From positions 1 to 23,415 of the forward strand of contig JAPDJY010000004.1 in the NCBI GenBank assembly GCA_029258835.1: 23,415 bases of DNA. Reading direction: 5' to 3'. The notes beneath the pieces were generated by a model. It saw only the letters and a program-made list of their open reading frames with translations. It was not told where the DNA came from and did not search any database. Source of the stretch: Thermoproteota archaeon (GTDB lineage: Archaea > Asgardarchaeota > Jordiarchaeia > Jordiarchaeales > Freyrarchaeaceae). The first letter of the stretch is position 1. Each line of letters begins with the position of its first letter. The position numbers and the translations under genes are program-made. Positions 1-8,613 of the stretch are shown here, in pieces.

Positions 1-1413
1 AGGGCCTGCAGGGGAGAGGCTGGTTAAGTTTTCACTAGCCCTCGTGGACAACGTTGCCACGCTCGGCAGAGGCGGCCTAGGAGCGGTTTTCGGGTCGAAG
101 AACCTTAAGGCGGTCGTTGTTAGGGGGAGCGGGGAGGTAAGGGTTGCAGACGCTGAAAGGTTCATGGACGCCGTCAAAGGACTTTACGAGAGGATAGAAA
201 GGTATCCGTTCAGGTCCTTCGTAACGGAGTACGGGATGATGGCTGGCTGGGGTGCATGGGCTGAAATGTTCCAGATACCGAGGGAGGAGGCTGAAGCATA
301 CTTCAACCAGGAGGTGTTCTCTGGTAAGGTTAGGGTTGCAACCATAGCATGCCCCTCATGCCCCCTCTCGGACAAGTTCCTGTTCAGGATACCAGGTGAA
401 GAAGTTGAGGTTTGGGCTACAGATTACCTAACCCCTCTAACCGTCTTCGGCTACCTTTTCCAGATAACAGACTACAGGGATATACTAAGAATCACGGCAA
501 CGGTGAACCAGTACGGGTTGGACATGCTCTCCCTCTCGAACCTCGTAAACTTCATACTGGGAATGTACGGTGAGGGAGCCATCACGCGGGAGGACTTGGG
601 GGGCTAAAGCCTGAGAGGAACGCTGAAACCATCATCGCCATAGCAGGGCTGATTGCTCAGAGGGAGAACATAGGAGACTTGCTGGCTGAAGGGTGGCGGA
701 CGATAATTCAGAGGTTTGGCAGGGTGGCGGAGAAGTACGCAATGCACGTTAAGGGGTTAGACGTGCTCTACGACCCGCGGAGAACCTACTTCGGCTCGAT
801 GGAGTTCGAGCAGCTCGTGTGCCCCCGGGGGCCAACGTCTAACTCCGGTGGCTCCCCAACCTACGTGCCGGGGAAAAGCATTGAAGACTTTGAAAGGCAC
901 TGCGACAGGGTTGGAGCGCCGAGGGACGCCATAGCTAGAATACTTGAGGGGGGCGAGGTCAACATCGGTAGGCTCGTCAGGCACTTCGAGGACTGGTACT
1001 CCATCCTAAGCGCCCTAGGAATCTGCAACAGGGCGCAGGTGAACAGGTTCTACAACATCCGCGTTTGCGCCGAGTTCTACTCCTCCGCAACGGGGATAGA
1101 GAAAACGCCGCAGGAGCTTAAGCTGGCGGGGGAGAGAGCGTGGAACATGCAGAAGATTCTTAACGTAAGGGAGGGACACACGAGAGAGCAGGACAAGCCG
1201 CCACGCCAGTGGCTTCAACCATTAACGGAGAGAGGGAGAAGGTACGTTGCAAGAGACTACTACAGGAAGCGGGTGTTGACCGAGGAGGACTTCGAGAAGG
1301 CTCTAAGAGACTACTATGAGGAGAGAGGGTGGAACCCTGAAACGGGAACCCCGACGGAGGAGAAACTCCGCCAACTAGGGCTGCAAGAGGTAAAAGGTAA
1401 AGCTGGCCGCTGA
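1..1413 (+). pseudogene. Divergent aldehyde:ferredoxin oxidoreductase (AOR/WOR family), 5' end outside the window, split by a single frameshift at 598-607
   Basis: Frame from nt 2 reads GPAGERLVKF...GRGGLGAVFGSKNLKAVVV (AOR signature) and later GLD. The second ORF has HVKGL, YDPR and DYYEERGW...G.PT.EKL..LGL. One extra G in the G6 run at 598-603 joins the halves (EDLGGLKPERNAETII...IGDLLAEGW). It may be an intact gene with a sequencing error. Confidence 0.85.
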
Positions 1414-1424
1414 GCGCCCAAACA

Positions 1425-1445
1425 ACCCCCCCTTTTCGGTTTTCA
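1425..1445 (+). terminator. Probable pyrimidine/T-rich archaeal terminator
   Basis: cccccccttttcggttttc immediately after the AOR stop codon. Confidence 0.35.
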
Positions 1446-1537
1446 GCATTAAACCGTTTTTGTAAAAGGGGTTTGCGTCGCATACCCTCAAGGCACGTGT
1501 TGACGAATCCCGCGGACACTTTTCTGGGAGTGCCGCC

Positions 1538-1640
1538 TTACCCTCTCTTAACGCTTCTAATAACGTCTTCTACATACTTTAACGCATCCTCAGCTCCCTC
1601 CCGCGGTGGCTCATTAGGGCGACGGTAAAGCCGTTAGGAC
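1538..1640 (-). pseudogene. C-terminal remnant of a HEPN-domain protein
   Basis: Minus strand reads PNGF, then after a frameshift (P)REGAEDALKYVEDVIRSVKRG*. This resembles the archaeal HEPN C-terminus RYPNGF..GAP.EYYT.EDAE.A.KYA..V. Confidence 0.5.
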
Positions 1641-1821
1641 TCCCTATCAGAGGGGTGATGACTGTTCTCGATATGCCAAACCCGGCGAAAATCAGTTCGG
1701 TCCATATCCCTGAAGCGCCAAGACTTTGCTCAGCGTAGAGTGGCAGGATGGGGGCAACTATCCCAAGCCAAGCATCGACGTGAACACTGAAAGGAGCAAT
1801 AATGAAGAAAACACGTCTCAC
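1641..1821 (-). pseudogene. N-terminal stub of an MFS transporter (DHA1-like)
   Basis: GIVAPILPLYAEQSLGASGIWTELIFAGFGISRTVITPLIG matches MFS TM1-TM2. It is truncated where motif A (G.LSDR.GRR) should begin. Confidence 0.7.
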
Positions 1822-1976
1822 TGTGAACTCTGCCCTTCAGCACCCTTGCAGACTTTTCTCCAACTTTTAAACTGACAACTTGAATCATAAAGGTATTCTT
1901 AGGTGGAAGGTGGTTAGGCTTGCGAGTCGAGACCTTGTGAACGCTGCTTTTTGGACCGGAGAGTGGGGTGGTCGTT

Positions 1977-2742
1977 ATGGGTGAAGAAGAGATTTTGAGT
2001 AAGTTAAGGGATGCTATCGTGAACCTTGACATTAAGGGGTTAGGGAGGCTTGCGAGGAGGCTGTTAGGCGGGTATACCTGTGTTTAAAGTTGTGAGTGAA
2101 GGGATGGCTAAGGGTATGGAAGTGGTTGGGGGGAATTACGAGAAAGGCGAGTATTTCCTAGCTGACTTGGTTGTGGCGGGAGAAGCCATGAAGGAGGGTA
2201 CGAAGATCCTCGAGCCTCACTTGAAGGCTGGCGAGGCGAAGGCATCAGGGAGGGTCGTGACCGGAACCGTTAAGGGGGACATGCATGACATTGGAAAGGG
2301 CGCCGTCGCAACCATGCTTAGCGGTGCAAGGTTTCAAATTATAGACTTTGGGCGTAGACGTCCCCCTGAAAAGTTCGTTGAAGCCGTTAAGAAGGAGACG
2401 CCGGACATAGTCGGCATGTCCGCCCTCCTCACTACCACCATGATCGAAGTGGAAAACGTGGTAAAGGTGCTTAAGGAAGCTGGAGTAAGAGGCAAGGTTA
2501 AGGTTATCGTAGGCGGAGCCCCTGTGTCGCACGAGTACGCCGAGAAGATCGGGGCGGACGCGTACGCAAGAGAAGCTGTTGAAGGAGTGTCGATCTGCAA
2601 GTCATGGGTCGCCGGGAAGGCAGAGGCACGAGCAAAAACGACAAGCAACGTAAACCAGCCAGAGCACCCTCAACATGGTATGGCTGGGAAGCGAAGCCGC
2701 CAGAAGTTAACAGGAAGAAACCTTAATTCCTCATATTTTTAA
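1977..2742 (+). pseudogene. Methyltransferase-system corrinoid (B12-binding) protein, MtaC/MtbC-like, frameshifted
   Basis: ATG at 1977 gives MGEEEILSKLRDAIVNLDIKG. Two missing Gs (~2036-2039, ~2066) break VREACEEAVRAGIP. It continues with YEKGEYFLADLVVAGEAMK, GTVKGDMHDIGK (DxHxxG), GMSALLTTTM and VGGAPV. A compensating +1/-1 pair at ~2347-2365 turns DLGVDVPP into DFGRRRPP. Confidence 0.85.
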
Positions 2743-2807
2743 GCGTCCCCTGTCTTCCACGTTTTAACACGTTTTAGCTGCAAACGCCTTCTGTTGGTGT
2801 CCTCCTC

Positions 2808-3404
2808 CTAAAGGTTTTGAGGCTTCTCCTCCAGTCCGGCAGCTTTCAGGGTTAAGGCTAGGTACGCTATTTCCGCCGAGTGCTCCACCATGCACATGTA
2901 CTGGTAGGCTACATCCATGAACTTGGCGGCTGTGAATACCCCGTGATTCCTAACTATGACGGCGTGACTCCTCCGCAGCGCCTCAGAAACGTTTACTGCA
3001 AGCTCCTCTGAGCCGGGCTTCCCCGACACGACCGGGACCGACTTCAACACGTAGTATCCTTCAGCGTCGGGTGGAACAAGCTCGTCTAGGAAAAGGGACA
3101 GTGCAACGGAGTATGGGGGGTGAGCGTGGAGGACTGCAAGGTTCGGCGTCCTCCGGTATACTTCACGGTGGACTATGGTTTCAGTCGACGCTAAAGCCTC
3201 GAACCCCGAGGGCTTATCCACGTAAACCTGTATAACGTCGTCCACTCTTAACTCCTCCAGTGAGGAGGCATGCCTCGTAATCCACATTATGTCTCCGCTC
3301 CTTATGCTCGCATTCCCCCCATGAGCCGTAACATACCCTCTCCTAGCCATACGCGAACAGTAATCCTTCAACTCCTCGTAAACGTAGGATGGAACCCTAG
3401 GCAT
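2808..3404 (-). CDS. Class II aldolase/adducin family protein (FucA/MtnB-like)
   Basis: GGNASIR, ASTETIVH, LHAHPPY and RNHGV provide the Zn ligands and catalytic Glu. Start is ATG 3404 (or GTG 3410), overlapping the AOR stop. Confidence 0.9.
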   Translation of the reverse strand: MPRVPSYVYEELKDYCSRMARRGYVTAHGGNASIRSGDIMWITRHASSLEELRVDDVIQVYVDKPSGFEALASTETIVHREVYRRTPNLAVLHAHPPYSVALSLFLDELVPPDAEGYYVLKSVPVVSGKPGSEELAVNVSEALRRSHAVIVRNHGVFTAAKFMDVAYQYMCMVEHSAEIAYLALTLKAAGLEEKPQNL

Positions 3405-5190
3405 CCTCACCCACCTCTAACCCTAAACGTTTAAGGGTGCCATGGGTTGGAACCCCATCCTCACCCCAACCTCTGACCCGGTAGTACTCCCTCAGCATCT
3501 CATCCAGAGGAATCCTTTTCCCAGCGCAGACCCCCTCATCCATGGGCGACAGCAGCCTCCCGGGAAGCCTATCCTCCTCCGCGCTTATCCCCGCCCTTAA
3601 GTTGTAGACTCTTTCAAGGTTCCACACTCTCTCACCAATCGCTATGACGGTCTCCTGAGTGAAGTCCTCCCCTGTCACGGCTTTAAGGAAAAGGGAGTAC
3701 ATTTCGTCGTCAAACTCGAAAGCTGTAAACTTGCAGAGAACCATGCTGTCCACCGCAGCCGAAAGGTTCTGGAGGTACGCCACTATGCTAGCCTTCCCCG
3801 CAGCAGAGAACCTGTCCATCAAGTGTGGTATCCCGAAGATCTCCACGGCTATCATGTAAGGGTTCAAGTGGCATCCACCCCTGTTAGCGGTGGCGTAGCC
3901 AAGCCCTTGGCCGAAGGCACCCCTCGGATCATACATGGCCAGCTCCAAACCCTTAACATGCATCGCGTAGGCCTCTCCTCCAACCTCCTCAGCGAACCTT
4001 TTAGCGCCCTCAGCAAGCCTATCCCCGATCCCTCTCCTGTAGGCGGTGGCGACGATGAGCTCACGCACCCTCTCAACGTCACCCCACCCGATCTTCTCCC
4101 CAATCACCCCCCTCTCCGAAAGCTCCATGGCACACGCCAAGGTCACCCCGGTGGATATGGCGTCCAAGCCAAGGTCGTTGCAAAGGTAGTTCAGCGCCGC
4201 CACGTCTTCAACGCTGCCAATCGTCAGCATGGAGCCGAGCGCACCCAACGTCTCATACTCCGGCCCCTCACCGTCCACGTCGCCAACCCTGGTAATCCTC
4301 TTACAGCCGACAGGGCAGTTAAAGCAGCTACTCCTCCTCACAAGAATCCTCTCCCTTAAAGCCTCCCCTGATATGTCCTCGGCACCGCTAAACGAGCCAT
4401 GCTGAAAGTTCCTAGTTGGAAGGATCCCATGCTCGTTAACTATGTTGACGAGGGCGGAGGTCCCATACTCCCTCAAAGCCTTGCTGAGGACAGGGTTCCA
4501 CACAAACCTCGCCTTGACCTTCTCCATAAGCTCCCCGAGCCCCCTCTCGTCAGCAACCTCCACCCTTCTAGTCCCCCTCACAGCTACCGCCTTCAGCAGC
4601 TTGGAGCCCATAACGGCGCCCAGCCCTCCTCTACCAGCAGCATTGGAAACGTCGTTGAGTATGCAAGCATACCTGACAAGGTTCTCCCCTGCGGGCCCTA
4701 TACACGCAACGCTGAACCCTCTAAGCTCCTTCCCCAGCTCACGCCTAGCTTCCCTTGTCCCCTTACCCCAAAGCCAGGAGGCATCCCTGAGCTCGACGTC
4801 GCCATCATCCACGACCAGAAGCACGGGCTTCTCAGCTCTACCCTTAACCACCAAGGCGTCGAAGCCAGCCTTCTTAAGGGCGGCGCCGAAGAACCCGCCG
4901 GAGCTAGAGTAGAAGCAACCCCCAGTCAAAGGGGACTTGCCAGCCACCACGTACCGCCCGGAAGTATAAACTCTCGTAGCGGTCAAAGGGCCAACGGCGA
5001 AAACGAGGATGCTGTCAGGGGAGAACGGGTTGAGTGATGGAGGAACATGATCGTAGACCAGCCTGACGCCTAGCCCCCTACCACCCATGTAGTCGTAGAG
5101 GAGGCCTCTCTCAACGTCAACATGCTTAGCCTCCATGGACGAAAGATCTACGATTAAAAATTCACCACGCCAGCCAAACAAGGCTTCCAC
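3397..5190 (-). CDS. aor: Tungsten-containing aldehyde:ferredoxin oxidoreductase
   Basis: 597 aa with KSPLTG, IGPAGENLVRYA, GRGGLGAVMGSK, LPTRNF, CFNCPVGC, GPEYET, GLDAIS, YDPRG and RGGCH. Confidence 0.95.
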   Translation of the reverse strand: MEALFGWRGEFLIVDLSSMEAKHVDVERGLLYDYMGGRGLGVRLVYDHVPPSLNPFSPDSILVFAVGPLTATRVYTSGRYVVAGKSPLTGGCFYSSSGGFFGAALKKAGFDALVVKGRAEKPVLLVVDDGDVELRDASWLWGKGTREARRELGKELRGFSVACIGPAGENLVRYACILNDVSNAAGRGGLGAVMGSKLLKAVAVRGTRRVEVADERGLGELMEKVKARFVWNPVLSKALREYGTSALVNIVNEHGILPTRNFQHGSFSGAEDISGEALRERILVRRSSCFNCPVGCKRITRVGDVDGEGPEYETLGALGSMLTIGSVEDVAALNYLCNDLGLDAISTGVTLACAMELSERGVIGEKIGWGDVERVRELIVATAYRRGIGDRLAEGAKRFAEEVGGEAYAMHVKGLELAMYDPRGAFGQGLGYATANRGGCHLNPYMIAVEIFGIPHLMDRFSAAGKASIVAYLQNLSAAVDSMVLCKFTAFEFDDEMYSLFLKAVTGEDFTQETVIAIGERVWNLERVYNLRAGISAEEDRLPGRLLSPMDEGVCAGKRIPLDEMLREYYRVRGWGEDGVPTHGTLKRLGLEVGEDA

Positions 5191-5530
5191 CCAAAAGTAA
5201 AGACTGCAACCTTCCTTAAAACATCTACTGAAAAGCTGGTTTTAAAGGGTCTAAGCGGCTTGAATGGCGAGGAAATCCAAGCTGTTGAGAAGGCCGGTTA
5301 AGGTGGGTGCTGAATGCTGGAAGCTCCAATAACACACGTCTTGGCTTTTCCATGCATGACTAGTTCGAAGCCGGGCTTGAAGGTGACAGCCCTGAGGATG
5401 GGCCGATAGTGGGAACATGAAGAACATGAAGAAGAGGAAGCTTCACCCACCAAACCCACTAAAAACTTTATCTTGTAGGTATGTTTTTTAAGATGTTAAA
5501 TTAAAGAGTTTTTAGAATGGAGGTGGATGA

Positions 5531-6166
5531 TTGCCTTTGCTGGAGGACGTTGCCCGCCTTCTCGACGAGGCGGGCTTAGAATATGTTAAGGAGGAGGGCT
5601 TCATCCTGATGGAGTGGGAGACGCGGCGGTTCTCAGACTTAAAGGTTGGAATCGCCACTTCACCTGATGAGGACTGGCTTTTCATAATAGCTTGGCTTCT
5701 CAACCTGTCAGAGGTATCGAGGGAGGAGTGGCCCTCCCTCTTCTACAGCCTTTTAAGGGAAAACTACGCGCAGAACGGTGTAAAGTACGGTATTGATGAC
5801 GAGGATGTAGTGTTCGCCAGCATAGAAACAGCCGACACCGACCTCACGGTGGAGGAGATTCGAAACTACATCTTCTCCCTCCTGGAGGCGTGCGACAGTT
5901 TCGCAGAGAGGTACCTCGGCGCCACGGGTGAAGGTGTAGGGGTGATGGAGGCGTTAACCGAGGCTGAAGCCATAAGCATTGCTGAAAACTTCGTGAAAAG
6001 AAAGGCTAGGACAGAAAAAATCGAAATTACGAGGCGTGAGTGTGACCCATCAGGGTGGCGCATCGAAGGATATTATAGCCTCCCCTACGCAGGAGTCAAG
6101 TTCTTAGTGGAAATCGACCATAAAACGGGGAAGGTAACGGACTACCATACGTGGCCCCTCCCCTAG
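5531..6166 (+). CDS. YbjN/CesT-like chaperone-fold protein with a C-terminal PepSY-like domain
   Basis: Acidic N-terminal ~130 aa with LLRENY..NGVKYGIDDEDVVF (YbjN pattern). C-terminus LTEAEAISIAENFV...W.IEG...VEIDHKTGKV. GGAGGTG RBS before the TTG start. Confidence 0.65.
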   Translation: MPLLEDVARLLDEAGLEYVKEEGFILMEWETRRFSDLKVGIATSPDEDWLFIIAWLLNLSEVSREEWPSLFYSLLRENYAQNGVKYGIDDEDVVFASIETADTDLTVEEIRNYIFSLLEACDSFAERYLGATGEGVGVMEALTEAEAISIAENFVKRKARTEKIEITRRECDPSGWRIEGYYSLPYAGVKFLVEIDHKTGKVTDYHTWPLP

Positions 6167-6249
6167 AGCAGGAATTAACACCATAAAACCGCCTCTACAA
6201 CACATTTCGCCCCTCACAGGCCTCCCATTCGACATGTCTAAACAAAGAC

Positions 6250-6595
6250 GAGTTCACGATCAAACATCAGACGGCTGCCTCCAAGCCTCCAAGGCCCATA
6301 TAGGTAGCTGTGACAAGGAGAACACTTCGAATGAAAGAGCATGCCTCCTAGAAGGGTGTTCAGACATTGTGTTGGCAGGTAATGGCCGAATCCCCTCCGC
6401 ACCTTTCACCACGTCGAATTCAAGGTCGACTTCCACCGCCTTAGAGGTGTTGAATCCGGGTACGCGAGAAGCCCCTAAATGCCTTAAATGCCCTAAATGC
6501 CCTCTCAGCGCTTTGCCGGGAGGAAGAGGGTAAGGAGCGCTTGGCCTCGCGGAACCCTTTAATCCTCCGCCTGCGCCAACCATCTAACTCTTCAC
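6250..6595 (-). pseudogene. Degraded HEPN-domain protein
   Basis: Across shifting frames: VRWLAQAED*, RQSAERAF(RAF)(KAF) (cf. QQAAEKALKA), VDLEF, HYLPTQCLNTLLGG (cf. HYIPTRYPNALPGG). Confidence 0.65.
6474..6500. repeat. 3 x 9-bp tandem repeat (cctaaatgc/cttaaatgc/cctaaatgc)
   Basis: Read directly from the sequence. It lies inside the HEPN remnant at the EKALKA motif. Confidence 0.9.
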
Positions 6596-6599
6596 CCCT

Positions 6600-6850
6600 C
6601 CAAGCCCTCCCTATTATCCTCCCACCTTGTTCCTCAGGAAGACGCTTACTAGAAGACTCCGCTCTACCATTCAGGTGTGAAGATGAATGCCCCCACCTCC
6701 CCCCTCAAGCAACCTCTTCACTCCTTAGCCATTTTCGTTAAGGCACCACCACTAGGACGTCAAGCCACTCCACACCCGGCTCCGCCTGAAGGCGTAGAAG
6801 TTGAAAACCACCTCCAGTTCTCCTTATCCCTGCAGGTTCCTCCTCCAAAC
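6600..6850 (-). pseudogene. Degraded minimal nucleotidyltransferase (MNT antitoxin)
   Basis: EVVFNFYAFRRSRVWSG/LDVLVVVP (cf. LFGSYARG....SDLDVLVV) and EVGAFIFTPE, directly upstream of the HEPN remnant. Confidence 0.55.
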
Positions 6851-7277
6851 CCGTCCCTTCACCCCTTCATCGCTGAGGCTCCACTAAACGCAACGTTCAA
6901 CCCTTAAAGGGGGAACAAAGGGGGACCACAAACCTGCAATTCCTTTTCCATGCATCCAACCATGCTCTGCTTACAGCCCCATAAAGCAACGTGTAAACTA
7001 CGCACCCTAAAGCAGCTAATATTAGGGTTCTTGTTGGCTGTCGCTTCTAACTTCGCCTAGGAGGTTCCTAGAACCTTTCGGCGTGTGATCTTTCATGTAG
7101 TTTCTCCTTTAATGGGGTTCTTTACGTCCTAGGCCTCCTGCATTCCACTAGTTATTGCCCTCTCACCTAGCGGCCATTACCCACCCACTAACTATTACTA
7201 TTTCAAGGGGGGGAGAGGGCTTACATGTCTCTGAGCAGCCTCTCGCACCCGCCTTTACCATCCGTTGCTTGGCGGCC

Positions 7278-8420
7278 TTAGAGTTCACGTTCTATCGTGG
7301 CTCTCTCTATGATTCTCAGTCCTCTCCTCTTTAGTTCTTGGAAGAATTCTTGCGGCTCAATACATCCCTCCGGAGGGAAGACGCCCTTCTCTTTAATCGC
7401 TCCGCTAGCGATCATCTGGGCTCCTATGGATAGCGCTATCCCCGCCTCCCACTCGTTGCCTATCCTGTCGTAGATGTAGGTTGCCTGGTTCCCATCCTTT
7501 CTGCCTTTCACTATCACCCGTGACGCTTTAACTAGCTCTCCTCCACCGGTTAGGCTTCCACTCAGTCTGCTAATCACCGACTTGAGGAGGGCGGCGGTGA
7601 AGTCTCTTGGCACCACCGGAACCCCCCTAACATTGATGGGTTCGGCGTCTCCCAGCCCGTAGGAGAGAAGCCTTATGAACTCCTGTCCGGCCCACACCGG
7701 AACGATGCCACCCTTACAGTACACGTTCTTAACCCGAATGTATCTTGGTATGGTTAATGGCTCGGGGTGCCCGGAGTGGAACACCTCAACTCTGCCTACA
7801 GGGTCGGGGAACTCGACGACCTCCTTATCCGAGCCGGCGGGCACGTAAACCCACTGCCCCTGCTGGTATGAGGGTACGTTTCCGGAGAATGCGCCGATGG
7901 CGTGTAGGGTGGCTGCCTCCCCCGTTCGGGAGATGGCTGGGTGAACCCAGATAAACTTGATTTCCTCCACTTCATCCAGCTTCTGCGCCCCGTACTTGGC
8001 ACACAGGTTCCCTACCCCAGGGTTGTTGCCCATGCCAACTACTACGGTTATGCCAGCCTGCTCGGCCTCGTCATGCAGGTTAAGCTCGTCGACTGTTGGC
8101 TGAGGGTCGTCGCAGATATCAACAAAGTTCACTTCGGCCTCTATTGCCGCCCTGAGAACCTTAACCCCATACTCGCTGAACGGGCCAACAGTGCTGGCTA
8201 CAACGTCAGCATCCTGCATCACCCTCAGCAGCGAGGCATGATCGTTCGCGTCCACGAACTCGGCTGAAACCTGCGTACCTTGACCCCCATAAGTTTCAGC
8301 TAGAAGCTCCGCTTTGCCCTTATCATAGTCGGCGACGACGACGCTTTCAACACCGCTGCTAACCAGATCCTTCAAGGCAAGTTGCCCCATTCCCCCTGCA
8401 CCAAGCAGGACAATCTTCAT
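7278..8420 (-). CDS. Saccharopine dehydrogenase / lysine 6-dehydrogenase family oxidoreductase
   Basis: MKIVLLGAGGMG Rossmann motif, STVGPF, NFVDICDD, GMGNNPG, HPEPLT and GVFPPE. ATG 8420 is preferred to the ORF-track start. Confidence 0.9.
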   Translation of the reverse strand: MKIVLLGAGGMGQLALKDLVSSGVESVVVADYDKGKAELLAETYGGQGTQVSAEFVDANDHASLLRVMQDADVVASTVGPFSEYGVKVLRAAIEAEVNFVDICDDPQPTVDELNLHDEAEQAGITVVVGMGNNPGVGNLCAKYGAQKLDEVEEIKFIWVHPAISRTGEAATLHAIGAFSGNVPSYQQGQWVYVPAGSDKEVVEFPDPVGRVEVFHSGHPEPLTIPRYIRVKNVYCKGGIVPVWAGQEFIRLLSYGLGDAEPINVRGVPVVPRDFTAALLKSVISRLSGSLTGGGELVKASRVIVKGRKDGNQATYIYDRIGNEWEAGIALSIGAQMIASGAIKEKGVFPPEGCIEPQEFFQELKRRGLRIIERATIEREL

Positions 8421-8613
8421 CTCAACACGCTCCCAGCAGCTATCCTCTACAAACCACCTTTCCTCTTTACGCAGCAACATGCAGCGATCTGCCAAATATA
8501 CCTTACTCGTCTTTTCTTACTCTATTAAGTTCCTTCTTGCTATTGAGAACCATGGAAACTAGGCGGCAGGCTAAGCAGGGGGGAAGAAGGGTTGCCTTTT
8601 CCCCACGTTTCCG

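Noticed and set aside
1977-2742. Pyrrolysine/selenocysteine recoding in the corrinoid protein or other broken genes
   Set aside because: The lesions are mainly frameshifts and truncations, not isolated in-frame TAG/TGA at catalytic positions.
3659-5037. Long antisense ORFs over aor, and similar shadow ORFs over other genes (e.g. 8776-9255, 14578-15018, 15186-15581, 20338-21762)
   Set aside because: They lie opposite well-supported genes and show no recognisable motifs. The similarity between 14578 and 15186 simply reflects the 69-nt repeat.
5413-5432. Short tandem duplication gaacatgaa x2
   Set aside because: Too short to be meaningful; probably slippage in decaying intergenic DNA.
6260-6583. 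ORF with PYPLPPGKALRG resembling a CRISPR RAMP (Csm3/Cmr) motif
   Set aside because: Alternative frames give several ordered HEPN motifs. There is no G-rich loop and no cas context.
6934-6956. ctgcaattccttttccatgcatc resembles a crenarchaeal CRISPR repeat; similar singletons at ~10089-10116, ~10400-10418 and ~11227-11249
   Set aside because: Each occurs once, they differ from one another, there is no repeat-spacer periodicity and there are no cas genes.
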